From positions 12,590,746 to 12,654,745 of the forward strand of contig NC_071115.1 of NCBI RefSeq assembly GCF_024256425.1: DNA of 64,000 bases. Reading direction: 5' to 3'. The stretch's first letter is position 1. Every line of letters begins with the position of its first letter. A model generated the notes under the pieces. It was not told the origin of the DNA, made no database searches, and saw only the letters and a list, made by a program, of their open reading frames with translations. The DNA comes from Clarias gariepinus. Its lineage: Eukaryota. The translations under genes and the position numbers were made by a program. This document shows positions 35,974 through 47,760 of this stretch, piece by piece.

Positions 35974-37181
35974 GTAAGTGTAAGTGGGCAAAGTCACGAT
36001 CTAGTGAAGGGTAAAAACTAAAGATGCTGCTAAATAAATGATTTCTAAGCATCCATGAAAATGTAATGTAAGCAGTTTACTGTCACAGATGCTACTAAAA
36101 TGCAGTGGGAAGATTTACCCTTATAAAAAGGATCGCCAGAAACATCATCAGTGCTATTATCACAATTACACACAACTACTGTTCTATCTGTATTGTTACC
36201 ATTTATTAAATGTAATTAAAATGTATACAGACAAAATATATCATAACATCAATAGTTATGATAATTTTTTTCGGTCATGGATTAGATAATTTTTCAGATC
36301 AAAAAAAAAAAAGTATGAGACAAATATAATTTTACTGTCCACTTGTAAAATTTAAAGTACTAAATCTCATTTGTTAAAATTAAAGTACAATATGAGGCAT
36401 GATGATTCTTTTTTTTTTTTTGATTATAGGGACACGTTAGGGTACTTTATACATTTTATATAGATTTTTATAGAACTTACAATTTTCTTTTGACCAATAA
36501 TGAAGAAAAGAAAAAATATAGATACATTTTATTATGTTGTTAATGAAAACTAGACTAAATTTTATTGAAACAAAATAGGCACCCATGAAAAAACCTATGG
36601 GCAACAGTAGAAGTTCAAGTAAAAATAATATTTGGCCTGTGTTTTGTTAGAGTGGACTGGTTTTTAAGCACTGAATAAGGGAATTTTGCTGGTGTGATCT
36701 GGCAAACCTAGTGGGGACACAAAGTGGGGGCACTAGAAGGTGTTTATTATGTAAAATCCACTAAGGAATCGCCCCAATTCTAACATCATACCATCATATT
36801 AATTAATCTCTTAGACAGGTAAATAGTTCAACTTTGCAATTATTCTGTCTAATTTATGTGCTGCATGTAAAGAGTTCAAACCTTTTAGCCAATTTTTTTG
36901 TTTCTATCCCACAAGCTAAGCTCAACAGGAAATACAGGACAGATTCGCCCCAAATGTATAAAAATTTGCAAAGAAGTAGTGTTCTTTCCATCATCTTAAA
37001 ATTCATTTTACTTAGCACACTGGTATGTTACTCGTCGATGTGGTGTGTTGAGTGCCGATTACTAAGTCTCAGTTTACTGCTTTGGCCAGCAGAGGCACTG
37101 TGGCAAAGTTCTCTTCTCCATGATGCCTCAGCCATCGTTCTGGTGGATGCAGGGGGGCAGCTCCAGCTGCTGAGGGTCTGT

Positions 37182-37184
<3 letters not shown>

Positions 37185-37222
<38 letters not shown>
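37185..37222. repeat. (GT)n(GC)n microsatellite
   Basis: Direct read. Confidence 0.95.
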
Positions 37223-37544
37223 CACGTGCTGTAGTGTGTATGTTGTCCTTGCATGGTGTGTGTTTCATCTGGTGCTAATGCTGGTCTTGTAATTACAGAG
37301 GAAGGTCATGTTGTTTCCTTCTTGTTACTAAATATGCATTTGTGTGTGCATGAAAAGCTGTGACACACAAGGTATAGGCATAAGATGGCTAATGTAAAAC
37401 ATAATCACAATTTTGCTTTAGGAAAATATCTATCTATTTAAACAATTAATCTGTTAGCCATCTCACAAACTGATCAGCAAAAGGAAACATTTCTTTGAAC
37501 AAACATATTATATGTAAATGTCTAATGTTTTAATCTTTCTCCAG

Positions 37545-37588
37545 CAGAAACAAGATAAACATGGGGCTCGACCAGAACTTTTCCCAAG
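37545..37588 (+). CDS. baiap2l2: baiap2l2 exon 13
   Basis: The acceptor is ctttctccag|CAG. The translation QKQDKHGARPELFP(R) aligns with human SEQYPPQELFPR. The donor is CCAAG|GTACAA. The exon is 44 nt. Confidence 0.8.
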
Positions 37589-37686
37589 GTACAAATAAAA
37601 TGGAAGAAAGTTTTTATCACAACATTTATGTTTGTACAAAAATCTGTTAACGTAATTCCTCAACTTTTCTATGTTTCATTTTTCAG

Positions 37687-37762
37687 AGGTACAAATCCAT
37701 TTGCGACAGTGAAGCTGAAACCCACCACAACCAATGACAGATCAGCGCCACGTGTATTCTAA
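37687..37762 (+). CDS. baiap2l2: baiap2l2 terminal exon 14 (WH2-like C-terminus, includes stop TAA)
   Basis: The acceptor is tttcag|A. The translation (R)[24 protein letters not shown] aligns with human [25 protein letters not shown]. The 14 exons total 1260 nt, or 419 aa, and stay in frame throughout. Confidence 0.9.
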
Positions 37763-37822
37763 CATATTTAACCAGTAAGAACTGACAGACACATAAACCG
37801 TCTTCATCAGAGTGCACCACTT

Positions 37823-37828
37823 AATAAA
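37823..37828 (+). terminator. baiap2l2: AATAAA polyadenylation signal about 60 nt downstream of the baiap2l2 stop
   Basis: The canonical hexamer appears in cttaataaatcagtgc, and T/GT-rich sequence follows. Confidence 0.5.
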
Positions 37829-40800
37829 TCAGTGCTATGCATTCTGTAGACTGAACAGCTGTAACTGAGTGCCTCGGATGTTGCTTGCTCATATTTCATC
37901 TGCAGAAGGTCTTTTGCTAGGAAAATGACATTTTTCTCTCAAAAGTCATGAGACCAGAGTTTTTTCTACCTTAGGTTATGAGCTGTAAATCCTTGCCCTA
38001 GTAAGAGAGAAGGAATGACATGATGAAAGCTGAGATGAGGCTTAGATGCTATTAGGGAACTTGTGTTTTTGTCCATTGAATGTATTTCACGGGGAATGTA
38101 AAAAAAAAAAAAAATAGCTTGTTTGGATTTTCACTTAAAATGGCACATTTTTTTATTGTGATATTTATATCTGATTTTAAGTAAGAAATGTTTAATTGCA
38201 AAATGAAACCTATAACCACCCCCACCCACAACCCCCACATCAATTTATTCTTTCTGCCACATCAGGGAGGTGAGATTACCATCTGGGCAAAACAGTGGCT
38301 TCCCTGAATTAACTAAATGCGTTTGATTGATTTTTGAAAAATGTTAAAGCCAAGAAAAAGGATATTTACTGTGTTTTACAGCCAATGCATTCACCCCAGG
38401 AGTCATGGACTCAAATGATAAGGTGCTATCATCAATTACGAAAATAAACTGAAACTAGAGAAGGGGCCTGATGATGCTGATGATTTATTGGAAATGTAAT
38501 TTTTAAAATGGCCTTTAATCTTTTTTAACCTCATGGTCTTAAATGATTTATGTCATTAAAAACAGGTGTGTAAAACAAACCTCAGAACCCATATAACCCT
38601 TTCCTTGTTTCAATTTACTGTCAGTTTGACTCACAACAAACAATGCAATCAAAAAATTTCATTTAACACTCAATCAACAAATTATTGATATAAAATTGCA
38701 TATTTACACTTGACTGATTTATTAATTTTAACAAGTCTGTGGAAGGTGGATTTATAGCATATTGCGAAAAAAAAATATTGATCAAAACTATTTTGACATA
38801 ATATTTTGGCATCTGTTCCTTCTATCACCTTGGTGACTGAAAGAAAACATGCACGAAATATTTTTTATACGTTTTGTTTTGCAGTGAAATTTCTTTTCTG
38901 TAAATATATTATTATTATTATTATAAAACATTACTGATTTTCCATTGGGACACTTTAGCCTGAACTTATTTCAAAAGATCAGGGATGTATCACTTCTCCA
39001 TTTTATATCCTATTTGTGTATATACAATACACCAGTGTGTAAATACTTTATGTTTAGTAGTGATGGCAAGTGTATAGTAGAGTAGTAGAGTAGTGATTTC
39101 CTATGATAAAAATTTATTACCAGGGATTCCTAAATTGGATGAATAAGCTACATTACCCAAGAATAATAATGAATAAATTGAAAAAATATTGTTTGTTTTG
39201 ATTGCTGTTTTTAATGCAAGAACTGTGAAGGCATAGTGTAATCATAGCTAACTGTGTTCCAACAAGAGTGTTCGATTGTATAGCCATAAAAGGCACTTTT
39301 GTTTGTTAATAAATAAATTGTTGTAATTCTTGGGAAATCACTGTTAAATAAAAAGAAATAAAACACTTTGGGCCATGCTCTTATAGGAAATAATGTTTTA
39401 TTCATATCTTGATACCTTACTTGAAAGTCACTTTATTATAATTTCTGTTATGCAAATTAATGTGTTATTATTTTTTACATTTTTTTAAACAGAAGTTCTG
39501 ACAGAAGGATCTCCTTAAAACATAAGTTATTATGATGTCCGGCCCTGTACTGTATATGACTACTTGCCATAATTATACTCAAATGTAAGATAATGTCAGG
39601 ATATTTTTCAAATTCTTCTTTGTTTTTTGCAGTGTGTGCGTGTGAATTGTTGCTTTTAACCTGTTTGAACCATTCCTGACAAAAAATGTGTCCCATAGGA
39701 TAGGTACTGTACCTTGACAGGATTTCAGATGGGATTTGTAAGGCGTATTCATAAATGTAAAAAATGCTACTGGATAATGCTAGCCATGTAGCTATTTAAG
39801 CTAAAGATTACTGATACAAGTCATATTTAAATGTTTATAATCGTTACCGCTAATGTTACATAAATAACATGACTGACGTAACAGAGCTTAAGATTCTTAA
39901 ATGTTTAAAACATTGCTAACATCTGCTAACTTGACAGGATTTCTGACAGGAGTTTAGATCATCATTAATTGTTTTCATCACAGCTAATGCTAGCTAGCTA
40001 ATATTAAAAAGTTGAAAAAGATCTCTGAGAGCTTTTAGACATTCATAAAATGTTTATAGCATAGTTAACATGAGCTAACTGCACAATTTCTGAAATGATT
40101 TCAAAAGGGACACACACATAAACACATAGTCCTTAAATGTTAATAAATATGACTGCTAATGATAGCTAGCTTAGATGAGTAAACTTGGGTTTTCTGAGTA
40201 GAATTCACATCATGCTAACACTAGGTAGTAGGTTTATATTAGGTACCTTGCCAGAATAGACAATAAAGCCTTGACTATTTGAATGCAACTACAAGCAACA
40301 AATGAAGAGAGTGTCTTTGCTTATATGCTACTATATCTAGTTTTAGAGAATTTGGGATAAATCCTTATAGTTAAATGGTGTTTGTATGTCAAATGTAAAT
40401 AAAGGTGTTTTTAAATACAGGTGCCGCTGTACGGTGCTGTGCATTTAAAATACATTTCTAAATCAAACTGCCTTTAATAAGTAATAAGTAGTTTCCTTAA
40501 TCAAGTACATTCCATGTAGAGCTTAGAGAAAGCAACAACGCGCAATCTTTTTTATGACAGGAAGCCTCTGCAATAAAAAGATGACGAGAAAGTACAAAGT
40601 TTCACAAGGAAAACTGACATGACTGTAAAATGTAAAATAATTTCGATTTGAATAAAATAAACATGCAAATTTTTTATTGTCATTGACTTAATAAGTAGTC
40701 TAAAATAGTGATGTAAAATGATGTAGTTTTCCATTTTTACAAGCTTATGAATTCCTGAGGTGTTGCGAATATTTGCCTGAAAGTGATTAAGGTAACAGTG

Positions 40801-41512
40801 TTTGGTGCTGGAGGGATCAGGTTTCCTGGTCATGCTGTGTTACTTTTTACCCAATGATGACAGCAGGTTTGACAGGGACTTTGTTTCTGTCCTGGCCACA
40901 AGGCAACAAAGTCACAATACACAGTGCTCTGACTCAACTTGTATTTAGATAAACACACACAATACCATGTATTCGATACTTACCTCACTCTATAACTCTA
41001 TGTACACGTGTGTGTGTGTGTGTGTGTGTGTGTCTCATGCCCTAAAGCTCTACAGGATTAGTATATTATATGTAAGAAAAACTATAAACAGCAAAAAGAC
41101 AGATGTCAAAAATAAAGACCCACAGTGAGTCAGGGCCCTCGAGGCATAATTTTATGTTTTATTTAATTTTTTTACTTTCACAGTTTGACTTCCTTCATTT
41201 GGTGTATTTCACAACAACTCTGTACCAGAGAATAGAAAGGAAGAGATGGAGACAGGCCAAGGGCAAAGCAATGTCAGAGAGTGGAGATAAGGGCAATCGG
41301 TCAGATGATAAAATGAAAAGGGAAAGAGAGAAAAGACATGAAATGCAGAATAATACAAATGAAGGGAGTGGGCTGTTCCTCTTAAAGTATCCACTGTACA
41401 TACTTCCAAGATGAAGGTTTGCACCTCTTCACCTGTACACTAACACAAACACACATTTGTATAAAAAACAGGGAAAATTAAATAGCATGATTGTAGGAGA
41501 TGAGTGAAAATG

Positions 41513-41514
<2 letters not shown>

Positions 41515-41564
<50 letters not shown>
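41515..41564. repeat. (GT)n microsatellite; a second (GT)n lies at 41007-41033 and a (GA)n at about 41655-41685
   Basis: Direct read. Confidence 0.95.
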
Positions 41565-41568
<4 letters not shown>

Positions 41569-42119
41569 AGTCATTCGGGATGGGGATGGCCTGGACAGTG
41601 TTGTCTATTCGTGGACAAGAGCAGCAAATTCTGAAAAGAGAGATAAGGAAGGGAAGGTGGGGAGAGAGAGAGAGAGAGAAAGAGATTTTTACTTAGAAAA
41701 TATAAGTTATTATGAATTTAAGTATTTAACTTTAATTTTTGAAATATACTATATAAATTACCAGGTAAAAGTGGACACACCTTAATCAATGGTCTTTGGT
41801 CTTTCTTGCTCTTTTGTAAATTTAAAAACAATTAAAGTGATATATTAAGAGATATTAAACAATGTCCTAATAACCGTTCATGTGTAGCATTGTGAGCTTT
41901 GCTCCAGATTCTTTACAGTAGATATAGATAATCTTTACAGTATGTGTTATCTGATACCATTGTTCAGTACTGTTGTACAGTATAGGAAATAACAAAATAT
42001 ATGATAAATAAATTAAGAAGAATCATTGAATTTTAAATGTATACTATAATTACACCCATATATTTTGATTATGGGCAAACAAATGTCCAGAATGTCACCT
42101 CCAGTTGTGCCATTAAGTT

Positions 42120-42525
42120 TTTCTTTCACTGGAACTAAGAGGTACTACAGTATTCCAGCATGACAATGCCCTGAATACAAATCAAGAACCTTATAAACCT
42201 GAATGCCCCAAACAAATGCTCCACACAAAGCCCTGACCTCTACTCCACTGAACACCCCTGGGATGAAATGGAACACCAGGCCTTCTTGCTATGCATCAAT
42301 ACCTGACCTCAGTAATGCTTTTGCGGTTAAATGAGCACAAATAACAGCCAAAATTAAGTGAAAACCTTTCCCAGGACAGTGGAGGCTGTTGTAACAACAA
42401 ATAGGGATAAACTCCTGTATATATTAATGGCCATGGTTTCGAAATGCGAGGTTCAAGATGCACATATAGGAGTGTTGGTCAGGTGTCCACATACTTTTGG
42501 CCATACAGGGTACTTTTGAATGTAT
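42120..42525 (+). mobile_element. Tc1/mariner DNA transposon remnant (3' transposase portion plus terminal inverted repeat)
   Basis: The region encodes a frameshifted ...QHDNALNTNQEPYKPECP...SPDL...HP-like Tc1 transposase C-terminus. It ends in a TIR-like gttggtcaggtgtccacatacttttggccatacagggtac. It lies about 50-70 bp from the parvalbumin exon donor. Confidence 0.6.
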
Positions 42526-42593
42526 CTGTGTGTATTAAAAAAACTTAAACCAAGTGTTCTTGTTTTAATCAGTTGTGTTGTTGCATTTCCCAC

Positions 42594-42703
42594 CTTCCAC
42601 TCCAATCTTGCCGTCTCCATCTTTATCAGCAACTTTTAAGAAGGCTTTGGTTTCCTTATCAGTCAGATCTCTTCCATTGGAAGCAAAGCCCTTCAGTACA
42701 AAC
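42594..42703 (-). CDS. parvalbumin-like exon (EF-site EF-hand), 110 nt like PVALB exon 4
   Basis: The acceptor is ttaag|GTTTGTACTG and the donor is GGAGTGGAAG|gtggga. The translation (K)[36 protein letters not shown](E) carries the canonical [12 protein letters not shown] calcium loop, split by the conserved phase-1 intron. No downstream terminal exon (..F.ALVKA*) was found. Confidence 0.8.
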
Positions 42704-42800
42704 CTTAATTCACATCACACACAAAAACATCAGAGACATTGAGAATTAACCTCAAACACACACTGAATAGATAAACCCATGCTGGATGTGCATGTCTTAC

Positions 42801-42934
42801 TTTAACTCTTCTTCCTCTATAAAGCCGCTGTTGTCAGCATCCAGTACATGGAAGGCCTTCTTCACATCATCAGCCGATTTTGCCTTCAGCCCCACCATCT
42901 CGAAGAACTTCTTATGGTCAAATGAGTCAACAGC
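42801..42934 (-). pseudogene. parvalbumin-like exon (CD-site EF-hand) carrying an apparent 1-bp insertion frameshift
   Basis: The acceptor is ttgtag|CTGTTGAC and the donor is GAGTTAAA|gtaaga. Before position 42895 the frame gives (A)[11 protein letters not shown]. After it, a +1 frame gives [33 protein letters not shown]. The exon is 134 nt against the conserved 133, because TTCTTCGAAGATGG replaces the expected TTCTTCGAGATGG. The original frame runs into TGA TGA. Confidence 0.6.
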
Positions 42935-43542
42935 TACAACAACATCTTAAAATTAAATCGTGAATACTGTGTACAAGTCACTTTAATCTTAACAAAAGTG
43001 TTGGTCATTGGTTAAAAAAATATGTGGGGTGTTCTTGCATCGAGGATAGGACTATACAGGGGATGCGGCGGATAACTCCCAGCCGAGTTCCCGTCATGCG
43101 CAAGTGCTGTTCATGAATGAATGTTTCTACAGCTTCCATAGACAGATGCGCTATTAAATAAATGTAACTTGTAGTAACTTAGCGACAAGTTATACAAGGA
43201 TCTTCAACAATCAGTTTTTTCCTTTGCTTAATTTCTAGATTTATGGACTTTCTTATAATGTTTCTAGCATTAAAATTTTTTACCGCGGCTAAGAGGATCT
43301 TCCCCATACGGGGCTTGAAGACTTTTGTAAATGTCAGTTAGTTTTATCCTTCATTCACAAGAAATTTCATCACAAGTTCCGGTTTGACTAGAACGCCATT
43401 TGTAGACAATGTCTAGTTTTTGGCTATTCATCATCATTAAGTGTGATTCTTCCTTGAAGGCCAAAACCTGCTGCAATGATCACTCTGCTGTAAGAATGTG
43501 TCTGACAAAACAGCACCAGCTAATAATAAATGCATTCTTTAC

Positions 43543-43603
43543 CTTTGAATGCATCCAGGGCTTTCTTTATGTCATCAGCGTTCAGGATGCTGCTCATTGC
43601 CAT
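43543..43603 (-). CDS. parvalbumin-like, first coding exon (AB domain N-terminus)
   Basis: On the minus strand ATGGCAATGAGCAGCATCCTGAACGCTGATGACATAAAGAAAGCCCTGGATGCATTCAAAG|gtaaag. The translation MAMSSILNADDIKKALDAFK follows the parvalbumin pattern (MSMTDLLNAEDIKKAVGAFS). The exon is 61 nt and ends in phase 1, as in PVALB. Confidence 0.8.
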
Positions 43604-46600
43604 TTTTGCAGCTAGATAAAGAAAAATAGATAGACAAAGGGTGAGTTAGAGAAAAAGAGACAGTTAATATATTTTCTTAGGTTGACGAGTTACTTGAATG
43701 AATAAGGTAAATGAGGTGATAAACATATAAATAATATAGTGCGAGAAAAACAGAAGTCGTATGCAGTTCGTGTGAATGCATTTAAAAAATGTGCAACTGA
43801 AAGCCAGTTCCTTATTCAGCAGAAATGAGATGTGCAGTTTTCCACAGAAACACAGGCCCACACTCCCACACAAGCCTTACATGTCTCCTCCTATGCATTG
43901 TGTAACCTCTAATGGTGCTTCAAAATTTTACTTCGCAGGAAACTTATTTTCCACTCCTTGTATCATGCAAAGTTTATTTCCTCCAGGGTTTCATTACACA
44001 CCTCTAAAAAGTGCCCGGTAGATATTTTCTTTTATGTCTCTTTTGCATGATGCATCCATCCTCAGCATATTATCTATTCTGCGATGGAAACTGTGCCTTT
44101 GAACTGAGACAGCCTGACATATTATGACTTATTTGAAACTTTGACAAAAAAAAAAAAATGTGAATAAACGTTAATAAAAAGCGTTTTTAAGATTTGGTCT
44201 GGAGTAAGTGCTTTAGAGTTATCTGGGGACCTTTTATCACATTTCATCAGTTTCCTTTTTTTTCCTTTTAAAACTGAAAGCTGCAAAAATTTTGAATAAC
44301 GCATTTTATTTTGTTTCAGCACATTATATAAATTGTAATTACAATTGACATAAAAGGCACCTAAATTCAGTTTTTAGTCATTTTAAAGACTGCCTTTTAC
44401 ATTTTAAAGTTTTGCCGTTCTCTGGTAGTGCAAGGCTTAGCAGTAACTCGTGTACATAGACACTGCAATGAAATATTTGCAAGAGGAGTGAAACACAGAG
44501 AGTTTGAGATATTAAAAAATGCGTTATCTCAGCTGGAGCATTAACAGACACACTTTTGGGGAGCTCTGAGACCTGTGTTAACTTGTTAAAGAAATAGTAA
44601 AATATTAACTTAGGTATTCTTATTTAAATATGCATAAAAATCAGACAATCTGTATCGTTTAAGTTGTATTCTCTATATAAGTTCTGCATCTGTATTACAC
44701 TTTTTATTGTCAGGTTTTTTTTCTTTTGGTCTGCTGTTTCCCCCACAAAGTTTACCCTTTAATGTTTGTTACTTCATTTATCAATTCAGCAAATTTGTAG
44801 TAAAAGATTAAAAGCTTGAGTGAACCCTTTGTGAATTAAAGCCCTATGAACACCACTGCTACATCAACTGAAAACCATACATAAGCTTAGGAAGAACAAG
44901 TTTAGACCCTCTGTTGATAAAGAAGCCAGGAGGGCAATACTAGAATGATCTTTTGACCTTTGAAAATCCCCTTTCTCCCGGAATTGCAGAACAGATTTGA
45001 GTTTGAGCACCTGCTCCTGCAGGTGATGAATACATGCACAGAACACTGCACACCTTGCAGCATTCATTTTAGCTGCCGTTTCACATTGTTGTCCTATGCT
45101 CAGGTAAATGTCAACTGACTGAAATTTAAGCTTCAGAGCGCTGACCTCGAACGACCTCAGTGATGTTTGCCCTGATATAATCGCATTGTCTTTGCAGGTG
45201 AATAAGCTGCAGTCAGCACTAACAACAGTTCTACTGACCACCATTCCTACTTGTGAAATTTTAGTTGTTGTTTTTTTTTTTTTACATGCTCCTGTTAGGG
45301 GTTGCCAAAGCAGATCATCCAAACTGCATATTTAATTTCCCCATTTTATTCAAGCTTGGGACTGGCACTGATTCCTACCTAGGTTCCCCACCTAGGAATC
45401 GAAAGCTAGTCTTTGATACAGTGGTGCAGTATTAAACAAAAGAAGAACAACCAGTGAAGACTTGCTTTGTAGGAAATAAAATTGATTTGATTTTTCCAAT
45501 AAATGTACATACTGTATAAATATGAATATAAAATCAGCTATATTAACCATTTGGAATGTCTTTACATCTATGTATGAATGCAATGACCCAATCAGCCATT
45601 TGTTTGGCAACAAAAAACATGCAGATACAGTTCAAAAGCTTGAGCTTAAAGGTTTATCAAACATAAGAAGGAAACAATGAGAACTCAGTGACTTTGACCT
45701 GGAGGTGGTGAATGGTGCCAGACTGGTTGGTTTGCATTTTTTTTTTTTTTAGAAACTCCTGATCTCCTGAGAGTTTTACACACAATCGAGTCTGGAGTTT
45801 TCACAGAATGGTGTGAAAACCCAAATCCTCCCATGAGAAGCAGTTCTGTAATTATAAGGAGTTGAAAAGTACCAGTTAAAAGTTTGCACACACCTTCTAA
45901 TTTAATGGTCCTTCCTGATTTGTATTTTTTCTACACTGTAAAACAATGCTGAAGACATCCAAAATTTGCAATAATATCAATAATTGATATTGAGATGAGT
46001 CTGCAAGTTATGCTCGGGAAAGCCTTTATAACCGCTCTTTATTTGAGGCGCTGTTAATTTGTGATTTTTGAGTCTGCTAATTCTAAATTAACTGCTCCTC
46101 TGCAGCAGGGGTAAGATTTGGTCTTGTGATGGCCTTCATGTGAACCAGTTTCATCATGGTGGTTCATGGATTGTTCAAAAGGCACTTGACAATACTTGCA
46201 AATGTTTAAAAAAGTTGCTTAATTACATAATTCCATATGTGCTCTTTGTAGTTTTGAAATCTCCAGTATTGTTCAGGGATGTAGAGAATAGATCACTAAA
46301 CATAAAAAAATTAACATTAAATTAACACTTGAAGGTGTGTCCAAACTTTTGACCAATACTGTAGGTGTATTTTCATGTTAATGAACAAATGAGGTACAGC
46401 AGAGATAGAGTTGTGAAACTGCTGGAGGAACAAGTGGCAGTGCTAAAACCTTAGTTTTGTGAATATATTGTTTAATGTTAGGAAAAATAAATCTTTTTTT
46501 TGTCTTTTTCCTATTTTCACATTTTTGGTAAGCTAATCAACACTATTGATTTAATCATAAATTGTGTACATATTTGTTATTGTCCAACACGTGACAGTTA

Positions 46601-47149
46601 CCTTTGATAAGGTGTTAGATTATTGATTTATTCGGGAATGTCCTGCTGTTTATTATTAACATATCCTGTCCAAAGAGCAACCAACAATGGAAATGTACTT
46701 TCACAAGGCCAGACAGTTTGTCAAAATGTCTGTATAATAAAAAGTAAATAGTTATTAGAATGATAATTGTCTTTGTTAAAGGATAATAGTAATTTAAAAA
46801 AATATATGGAGTAAAAAATGTATAGGAAGATCCAGGAACTAATAAAACTATAATCAGCATGACACAAATACAGTAATAGGGCAAAGAGCAAGCATGGTGA
46901 TGGTGATGGATTCTTGCCTTATTAATTATCTTTATCTCTTGTAAATAAAAAACAAGATAGAGATAGAGGAAGAGAGAAACAGATAGTGACAAATAGAAAT
47001 CAAAAGCAAGTGCCAGAATTCTCCAGGCTTAGCAGATCTATTAAGACCACAATTACAAAGAAATATTGTAAAGTTTTCCTGTCATGTAGAGATATGTTGT
47101 GTGGGGTGAGGTTCAGGTCCAGGGTTTAAATGAATACATGGTCAGAAGT

Positions 47150-47760
47150 ACACTTGCAGAGTTACAACTATGTTTAACAAAATAAACTGATCAGCCATTC
47201 CATTAAAACCAGTGACAGGTGAAGTGAATAATATTGCTCGCCCTCTTACAGTGGCACTTGTGTGGGATATATCAGTCAGCAAATGAACAATCAGTTTTTC
47301 AAGTTGATTTGTTGGAAGCAGTAAAAATGAGCAAGTGTAATGATCCAAGTGACTTTAACAAGAGCTAAATTGTAAAGGCTAGACAGCTGGGTCAGGGCAG
47401 CTCCAAGATGACAAGACTCGTGCTGTGTTCCCGGTATGCAAGTGGTTAGTATCTACCACATGGTCCACGGAAGGACACTAAGCTTAAACTGCTGAAAAAG
47501 GAATGATGATTATGAAAGAAAGGTGTCAAAACACCCATCATTGCTGTGTATGGAGCTCTCTAGCTGAAGAACAGATCAGTGAGCCCATATTGGCTTTTGG
47601 CAGTGGGCAATCCAGTGAAGTCAGTATGATGCTCTGGGCAATGTTCTGCTAGAGAACCTTGTGTCCTGGCATTTATATGGATGTTACCTTGACACATACC
47701 ACCTACCCAAAAGTTCTTGGAGGCCAAGTGAATAATTTCACAGCAGAATAAATTTATATA
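47150..47760 (+). mobile_element. degraded Tc1-like transposon (transposase N-terminal/HTH region with stops)
   Basis: The translation ...MSKCNDPSDFNKS.IVKARQLGQGSSKMTRLVLCSRYASG.YLPHGPRKDTKLKLLKK... resembles fish Tc1 transposase DFQRGMVVGARRAGLSISETADLLGFSRTTISRVYREWSEK. It carries multiple in-frame stops. Confidence 0.5.

Noticed and set aside
38000-42100. Search for the terminal parvalbumin exon (…F.ALVKA*) downstream of the 42594 donor
   Set aside because: Candidate acceptors such as ctctggtacag|AGTTGTTGTGA at about 41200 give immediate stops or non-parvalbumin sequence. No convincing exon was found, so none is reported.
44864-45322. 152-aa minus-strand ORF, the longest ORF in the 44-64 kb region
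   Set aside because: It has no recognisable domain or homology. The composition is low-complexity, it has a non-ATG-dependent start, and there is no convincing splice or Kozak context. It is most likely a chance ORF in AT-rich intergenic DNA, although a fish-specific transcript cannot be excluded from sequence alone.
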